The position numbers and the translations under genes were made by a program. The notes beneath the pieces are model-generated. The model saw only the letters and a program-made list of their open reading frames with translations. It ran no database searches and was not told where the DNA came from. Source: Nitrososphaeraceae archaeon (GTDB lineage Archaea > Thermoproteota > Nitrososphaeria > Nitrososphaerales > Nitrososphaeraceae). From it: 43,357 nt of DNA. The stretch spans positions 1-43,357 of the forward strand of contig DASQYF010000008.1 of assembly GCA_035639375.1 (NCBI GenBank). Reading direction: 5' to 3'. The first letter of the stretch is position 1; each line of letters opens with the position of its first letter. This document shows positions 38,087 through 43,357 of the stretch, piece after piece.

Positions 38087-39303
38087 ATATGACTACAACC
38101 ATAATCGGAAGCTATGATATTGCAATTGTAGGTGGAGGTCCTGCGGGACTCTCAGCTGCATATAAAGCCTCAAAATTAGGAGCAAATGTGATCCTATTCG
38201 AGAAAGACGACTCGATTGCACATAACATCAGAACCAGTGGTGTTACTTGGATAGAGGATATAGAAAAACTTGGAATTTCAAAAGACCATTATAATCCAAT
38301 AAAAAACTATTCTTTACTATCATCATCTAATGAAGCTACTATCAGAGGAGAGTCAGCGAAATCGTGTGTACTGAATGTTAGAACGACGTATCAATTTCTT
38401 GCATTTTTGGCTGCAGAGGCTGGTACCGAAATTATGGTAAGAAGCAATGTTACCAATGTAATAACTGACACCAAAAACCGAGTCTTGGGATTAAAAGTAA
38501 ACACACCAAAAGGAGATTTAATTATAAATTGTAAATTAGTGATAGATGCCAGCGGTTTTAGTAGTTCTGTTGGTCGAAGGTTGCGGATGGTTAACGAGTG
38601 GAAAAGATACGGAGTCGGAGCTGAATACGAGTGCTACTGTGAGCACGCGGACCCAGAGACATGGACGCTGATGGTAGGAAGTCAGTATTCAGATGTTGGT
38701 TACGCATGGGTTTTTCCGTTGTCAAAGAATAGAATAAGAATAGGAGTTGGTGTTGGTAGACCTGAATCTAATATGGATCCAATGCAAAATTTACATTGGA
38801 TAATTGAAAAGAAATTAAAACCATTAGATAGGCTAGGTAAAATCCAACCGATAGAGTTACATTATGGATTTATACCAAATGAAGGCCTTAGAGAATCTTC
38901 TGTCTCTGATGGCTTTATTTTGGTAGGAGATTCAGCAGGACAATCTAATCCGTTGGTATTAGAAGGAATTAGGTATGCGATTGAATTCGGCAGATTGGCA
39001 GGCGAAATTGGAGCTAGATCTCTATCAAAAGATTCCGAGAAAGCATCACTTATAGAGTATGAACAAATTGTGAGAAAGAGGATAGAATCAAAAATCAAAG
39101 CAGCCCTTAAGGTTCAAGCGCGATGGATTGGACTTTCAGATGATGAATGGAATAAAGAAATTGATATATTAAGAGATTTATCTATTGATGAGTTCTTAGA
39201 TTTTATTAAAGCCGAATTCACAACAGCGAAGATGATGCGCTTGGCTCTAAATCATCCAAAGCTTGCTGCTCGCCAACTGTTCAATATAGTTTTGAAACAT
39301 TAA
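38083..39303 (+). CDS. FAD-dependent oxidoreductase, geranylgeranyl reductase family
   Basis: YDIAIVGGGPAGLSAA is the dinucleotide fold. GYAWVFPLSKNRIRIGVG is the GGR signature. Also GDSAGQSNPLVLEGIRYA. The ATG overlaps the pmbA stop (ATGA). Confidence 0.85.
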   Translation: MNMTTTIIGSYDIAIVGGGPAGLSAAYKASKLGANVILFEKDDSIAHNIRTSGVTWIEDIEKLGISKDHYNPIKNYSLLSSSNEATIRGESAKSCVLNVRTTYQFLAFLAAEAGTEIMVRSNVTNVITDTKNRVLGLKVNTPKGDLIINCKLVIDASGFSSSVGRRLRMVNEWKRYGVGAEYECYCEHADPETWTLMVGSQYSDVGYAWVFPLSKNRIRIGVGVGRPESNMDPMQNLHWIIEKKLKPLDRLGKIQPIELHYGFIPNEGLRESSVSDGFILVGDSAGQSNPLVLEGIRYAIEFGRLAGEIGARSLSKDSEKASLIEYEQIVRKRIESKIKAALKVQARWIGLSDDEWNKEIDILRDLSIDEFLDFIKAEFTTAKMMRLALNHPKLAARQLFNIVLKH

Positions 39304-39310
39304 AGCAAGA

Positions 39311-39320
39311 TTTTTATATC
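39311..39320 (+). promoter_or_regulatory. TATA box candidate for the nuo operon
   Basis: tttttatatc, preceded by purine-rich gcaaga, is centred about 28 nt upstream of the nuoA TTG start. The spacing suggests a leaderless or near-leaderless transcript. Confidence 0.35.
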
Positions 39321-39343
39321 TTCATAAATCAGCAAGTGATGCA

Positions 39344-39718
39344 TTGGCTGGAGAGACTGCTGCACAATTTACTCCAATTATGTACATGTTTGGATTTGGT
39401 GTACTAGCTGCTGTTCCGGCATTGATTTTATCTAGACTATTGTCACCAAGACGACGTTACAATCCAGTTAAATTCCTACCTATGGAATGCGGCCAGATGC
39501 CAAGCGGCGAAGGGCGTTCTCATTTTATGATGCAATATTATGCTTACATTCTGATGTTTGTTGTATTCGATGTCATGTCAATCTTCCTTTTTTCTTGGGC
39601 TACAGCCTTATTTTCAATTCCAAGGACTGCGACCCTTCCAATTATGGCTTTCTTAGGAATAATGTTCTCATCCATGGCCTATGCACTGTATTTGTCTGGC
39701 AGGAAAGGGATTTGGTAA
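39344..39718 (+). CDS. nuoA: NADH-quinone oxidoreductase subunit A
   Basis: Three TM segments, PMECGQ motif, and MQYYAYILMFVVFDV. TTG start. Confidence 0.9.
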   Translation: MAGETAAQFTPIMYMFGFGVLAAVPALILSRLLSPRRRYNPVKFLPMECGQMPSGEGRSHFMMQYYAYILMFVVFDVMSIFLFSWATALFSIPRTATLPIMAFLGIMFSSMAYALYLSGRKGIW

Positions 39719-39785
39719 TGATAGTATCTTTTACTGACAAGCATTATATATCAAAACTGTGGACAGATACTGAGGAAAAAGGGCA

Positions 39786-40301
39786 ATGATTAGAGAGCTT
39801 ATTAATCCTACGAACTTCAATGTGATGGTTAGTAAATTAAGTGATGTACTAGTGAAGGCATTAGACAAGCCTTTAGGCTTTGCCATCAATTGGGGAAGAG
39901 TTTGGTCCTTATGGCCTGTACATTTAGAAACTGCATGTTGTAGTGTAGAGTTTGGAGCGGCTTCAGGTCCTAGATATGATGTTGAAAGGTTCGGAATTAT
40001 TGAAGCATTTGGTTCATTAAGACAGTGCGATTTGATTGTTGTACAAGGTACTGTAACTAGGAAAATGGCACCTAGATTGAGGATGGTTTATGATCAGATG
40101 CCTGAGCCAAAATATGTAATTGCGATGGGTGCATGTGCAATTACAGGCGGATTGTATATTGACTCATACAATGTACTTCCGGGAGTCGATGGAATTATCC
40201 CAGTAGATGTATATGTTCCTGGATGTCCTCCTCGACCTGAAACATTGATCCAAGGCACAATGTTGCTGCAAGAAAAGATCAAAAGGTCGAAGATTAAGTA
40301 A
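39786..40301 (+). CDS. nuoB: NADH-quinone oxidoreductase subunit B
   Basis: TACCSVEF, GACAITGG and VPGCPPRPE, which are the N2 cluster ligands. Confidence 0.96.
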   Translation: MIRELINPTNFNVMVSKLSDVLVKALDKPLGFAINWGRVWSLWPVHLETACCSVEFGAASGPRYDVERFGIIEAFGSLRQCDLIVVQGTVTRKMAPRLRMVYDQMPEPKYVIAMGACAITGGLYIDSYNVLPGVDGIIPVDVYVPGCPPRPETLIQGTMLLQEKIKRSKIK

Positions 40302-40302
40302 T

Positions 40303-40890
40303 ATGAGTGAAGATTCAAAAAAAAATAAATCTGCCAACACCACCAATTCTCCATCTTCAATATCATCACCACCGCCCAAGCCTGCTGCGACTACTGCTGT
40401 AGCAAAAAAAGAGCCTGATCCTCCGATCTTCGAAAAGGGACTTGTAGGTCAAATATCTTCTCGGTTTGGCGATAAGGTTAAAGTCATTTATATTCGACCA
40501 CTGCGCATAAAAATATATGTTGATCCTATAAATATCGTAGAAGTGGCAGCTTTTCTTCGTGATTCTATGGGATTTGATCATGCAGAATCTGTTGCTGGCA
40601 CTGATTATCCTAAAGATAATCAAATTGAAGTTAGTTACCATCTAGGCTCTTACTCAAAAGCAGATCTTGGTGCTCATATTCTGCTTTTGGCTACTCGGAC
40701 CAATCGTGATGACGCAAGATTGCCAACATTAATTAATGTCTACAAAAGCGTAGAGTATCATGAGCGAGAGACATTTGAAATGCTGGGTGTATATTTTGAA
40801 GGCCATCCAAGAAATGAGCGTTTTCTCTTGCCTGAAGACTGGGCCGATATCCCACCATTGAGAAAGGAGTTTAGAATAAAAGGTAGATAA
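40303..40890 (+). CDS. nuoC: NADH-quinone oxidoreductase subunit C with low-complexity N-terminal extension
   Basis: SVEYHERETFEMLGVYFEGHP and LPEDW..PPLRK. The first 40 or so residues are Ser/Pro/Ala/Thr-rich. Confidence 0.92.
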   Translation: MSEDSKKNKSANTTNSPSSISSPPPKPAATTAVAKKEPDPPIFEKGLVGQISSRFGDKVKVIYIRPLRIKIYVDPINIVEVAAFLRDSMGFDHAESVAGTDYPKDNQIEVSYHLGSYSKADLGAHILLLATRTNRDDARLPTLINVYKSVEYHERETFEMLGVYFEGHPRNERFLLPEDWADIPPLRKEFRIKGR

Positions 40891-40904
40891 GGAGAATAAA
40901 AGAT

Positions 40905-42065
40905 TTGGCAAATATTCAAGATAACATAGACCAATCTGACAAACTAGGGATTGAAATAGTAAAAGAATCTCCTGACGATCGTTTAATGACGTTAAGCGTA
41001 GGACCCCAACATCCTGGTTCAGGACACTTTAGATTTACAATCAAGCTTGATGGAGATTACATTGTTTATTGCGATCCTGATCCCGGCTATGTGCATCGAG
41101 GAGAAGAGAAAATGTGCGAATATCGTAATTTTATTCAAAATATACCTCATCTTGAGCGGCCTGTTATCCATGATTCTAATAATATTACGTATTCATATAG
41201 TCTAGCAGTAGAAGAACTAGTTGGTATTCAAGTCCCTAGACGAGGCCAGTTTATTAGAGCGATTGCATCAGAGCTTAACCGTCAGGTATATACACTATAC
41301 TGGCTTGCAATCTATGGAATCTTTCTTGGCCATTCTACTATGTTTATGTGGCCAACAGGCGACAGAGAATTATTTATTGATCTATTGGATGCATTGACTG
41401 GTGCCAGGGTAACACATGCATTCAACATACCCGGAGGCGTCAGAAATGATGTACCAAATGGCTTTAAGGACAGATGTCTAAGACAAATTGCATACTTTGA
41501 AAAACGTCTAAATGAATATGAGGACATATTTTACAATAACCCACTATTACGACAGAGAACAGAGGGAGTTGGAATCTTGACAAAGGAAGACGCAATTAAC
41601 CTAGGAGTCACCGGATCTGTATTGCGAGCTTCTGGAGTCCCATTTGATGTCCGGAAGGCTGAACCATATGATGTATACAATGAAATCGATTTTAAAGTCC
41701 AATATATGAAAACATGTGATTCATTTGCAAGAGCATACGTTCCATTATTGGATATGAGAGAATCGTGTAATATTATGAGACAGTTGCTAGATAAGATGCC
41801 CGACTCCGGAGAAGTTAGAGCAAAGTTGCAGCCTAACCCTAAGGGACTTCCAGGCGAAGCTTATAGGAGGGTTGAATCAGGAAGAGGCGCTCTTGGATAT
41901 TATATTGTAAGTGATGGTACTCCAAAGCCTTATAGAGTTAAGATCTCAGTAGGCTCTTTTAGAAACATTCTAGCATTACCTCATTTGCTAATAGGAGCAA
42001 AGTTGGCAGACATGCCATCTATTTATTGGGCGTTAAATTATTGGCCTGTGGAGGCTGATAGATAG
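40905..42065 (+). CDS. nuoD: NADH-quinone oxidoreductase subunit D
   Basis: MTLSVGPQHPGSGH, GYVHRGEEK, ERPVIHD and the C-terminal WPVEADR. TTG start preceded by AAGGAG. Confidence 0.96.
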   Translation: MANIQDNIDQSDKLGIEIVKESPDDRLMTLSVGPQHPGSGHFRFTIKLDGDYIVYCDPDPGYVHRGEEKMCEYRNFIQNIPHLERPVIHDSNNITYSYSLAVEELVGIQVPRRGQFIRAIASELNRQVYTLYWLAIYGIFLGHSTMFMWPTGDRELFIDLLDALTGARVTHAFNIPGGVRNDVPNGFKDRCLRQIAYFEKRLNEYEDIFYNNPLLRQRTEGVGILTKEDAINLGVTGSVLRASGVPFDVRKAEPYDVYNEIDFKVQYMKTCDSFARAYVPLLDMRESCNIMRQLLDKMPDSGEVRAKLQPNPKGLPGEAYRRVESGRGALGYYIVSDGTPKPYRVKISVGSFRNILALPHLLIGAKLADMPSIYWALNYWPVEADR

Positions 42066-42067
42066 AG

Positions 42068-43333
42068 GTGGCAACAGCTCCAAAAGACTTTCGGTTTGGT
42101 AATTTTGTTGGCAGTCTTATTTGGCTGATTTTCTGGATTCTGATTATTGTCTCACTTGTGGGCTTGCCAGTTATTTTTATCATATTATTTTATGTCCCAC
42201 TTCCACCTATCAATGGAGAGGTTCTTACGCCATACTTATTTCTATCAATGGTAGTGGATCCTACACGTACTTTGCCGATCATTAAGTTTCTAATTCATAC
42301 TGACATATTCAGAATTGCAGTATTTCCTGGGTTTACATTTGCAGCTCTACTTGCAGCTGCTACAATTTTTATTGAGCGTAAATTCCTAGCAAAAATGCAG
42401 TTGAGAGTTGGCCCACTTTATGCTGGCAAAATTGAAGGAATTTTACAGTTAGCTGCTGATGGACTAAAACTTATTGCTAAAGAGATTATAGTTCCTTCAG
42501 GAGCTGACAAACCTATCTTCTGGATGGCTCCCATTGCATTTGTTGCAACAGCAGCAGCACTAGCCGCCTTGGTACCTGTGGCTCCAGGTTGGGTAGCAGC
42601 AGATCTAGACGTTGGTATTCTTGCAGTATTTGCAATATTAGGATTCTTTCCTCTAATTGCATTACTTTTCTCTTGGGCAAGCAATAGCAAATACCCATTC
42701 ATTGGAGGATTAAGAGCATTACACCAAATGATAGCTTTTGAAATTCCATTTATTCTTTCGGCGCTTTCTGTTGTTATTCTTGCTGGTTCCCTTAATCTAA
42801 CAGATATTGCACTTGCTCAACAGCCCTTTTGGTTTATTTTATTCCTTCCGATTAGTGCATTTGTATTCTATATTTCTTCTTTAGCTGAGCTTGAAAGAAT
42901 TCCATTCGACCTACCTGAAGCAGAATCTGAAATTGTAGCAGGCTGGCTTACTGAAACATCAGGTATGATTTATGGGTTAATTCAGCTTGGAACCTATCTC
43001 AAACTCTACGTTCTCGCTGGACTCTTCGTAGTATTATTCCTAGGCGGATGGGCAGGACCTCAGATATTTCCAAAAGAAATCATTCCAGGATATACGGGGG
43101 TACAGATTTATAATCCTACTACAGTCAATGCAATTTTTTGGTTTACATTAAAGACATTTGGAATAATTATGTTGATGTTACTTCCACGAGGCATAAATCC
43201 ACGTATTAGAATAGATATCTTGCTTCATACTGGTTGGTACAAGCTTATAGTCTTGACATTCATAAATATCTTTATAGCACTAGCACTGATTTATGGTGGT
43301 ATCTTAGGACCAGGTGGAGTATTGACACAATGA
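42068..43333 (+). CDS. nuoH: NADH-quinone oxidoreductase subunit H with about 65-70 aa N-terminal TM extension
   Basis: ERKFLAKMQLRVGPLYAG, ILQLAADGLKL, SNSKYPFIGGLRA and ELERIPFDLPEAESEIVAG. The conserved ERK..Q.R.GP motif appears only at about residue 103. GTG start. Confidence 0.95.
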   Translation: MATAPKDFRFGNFVGSLIWLIFWILIIVSLVGLPVIFIILFYVPLPPINGEVLTPYLFLSMVVDPTRTLPIIKFLIHTDIFRIAVFPGFTFAALLAAATIFIERKFLAKMQLRVGPLYAGKIEGILQLAADGLKLIAKEIIVPSGADKPIFWMAPIAFVATAAALAALVPVAPGWVAADLDVGILAVFAILGFFPLIALLFSWASNSKYPFIGGLRALHQMIAFEIPFILSALSVVILAGSLNLTDIALAQQPFWFILFLPISAFVFYISSLAELERIPFDLPEAESEIVAGWLTETSGMIYGLIQLGTYLKLYVLAGLFVVLFLGGWAGPQIFPKEIIPGYTGVQIYNPTTVNAIFWFTLKTFGIIMLMLLPRGINPRIRIDILLHTGWYKLIVLTFINIFIALALIYGGILGPGGVLTQ

Positions 43334-43357
43334 TCTTTCGCTCTTCGAGTTTACCTT
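43330..43357 (+). CDS. Probable start of nuoI (3'-truncated by window end)
   Basis: The ATG overlaps the nuoH stop (ATGA) and the frame stays open to the window end (MIFRSSSLP). The identity is inferred only from the conserved nuoH-nuoI order. Confidence 0.35.

Noticed and set aside
39487-39789. 100-aa ORF overlapping nuoA in another frame and bridging to nuoB.
   Set aside because: The nuoA frame carries the conserved ECG and TM motifs. The alternative frame has no recognisable features and an odd composition.
1-43357. Looked for CRISPR arrays, long direct or inverted repeats, rRNA, intact IS elements, integrases and recognisable defence or toxin-antitoxin genes.
   Set aside because: I could see no regularly spaced repeats, no transposase or integrase ORF and no defence-family motifs. 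Only short (10-11 nt) word repeats occur, and these are expected by chance in AT-rich DNA. A computational repeat search would be needed to be certain.

Overview
This 43.4 kb window looks like a chromosomal segment from an AT-rich ammonia-oxidising archaeon (Nitrososphaeria / 'Thaumarchaeota'). By eye it is about one-third G+C. The low coding density and Asn-rich inserts suggest a soil Nitrososphaerales (Nitrosocosmicus-like) genome, but that placement is only a guess. All protein calls come from reading the supplied translations against remembered family motifs; no searches were run.

Content, left to right:
(1) The 3' part of ureC, followed by a separate co-directional block: divergent thermosome paralogue, unknown 126-aa ORF, then ureE-ureF-ureG-ureD.
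(2) A gene-poor, partly decayed stretch (about 6.5-10.7 kb). It holds a tiny C2H2-like zinc-finger ORF, an HTH gene remnant, a TFB truncated to its N-terminal domain, and a DHH/DHHA1 phosphoesterase.
(3) Scattered housekeeping genes: orphan ATPase c-subunit, orphan pyrI, a coiled-coil protein, and a membrane-anchored PQQ-type sugar dehydrogenase.
(4) A small module made of a UbiE-like methyltransferase, a polytopic membrane protein and a chorismate-lyase-fold protein, with a divergently transcribed atypical kinase-fold gene.
(5) tRNA-Ala(GGC), a Nudix hydrolase and a large B12-domain-like radical SAM enzyme.
(6) A roughly 9.6 kb tightly packed minus-strand block: rpoN-eno-rps2-MEMO-like-mvk-ipk-idi2-GGPP synthase-gltX-FAH.
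(7) tRNA-Leu(GAG), Bcp peroxiredoxin and a DipZ-C-terminal-like thioredoxin protein.
(8) Translationally coupled tldD-pmbA-geranylgeranyl-reductase-family genes directly upstream of nuoA-B-C-D-H (and the start of nuoI).

No CRISPR array, rRNA, intact transposase or recognisable defence system was seen.

The most interesting candidates:
- the chaperonin-led urease maturation operon
- the TldD/PmbA/GGR trio abutting complex I
- the methyltransferase/membrane/DUF98-like/kinase-like module
- the N-domain-only TFB
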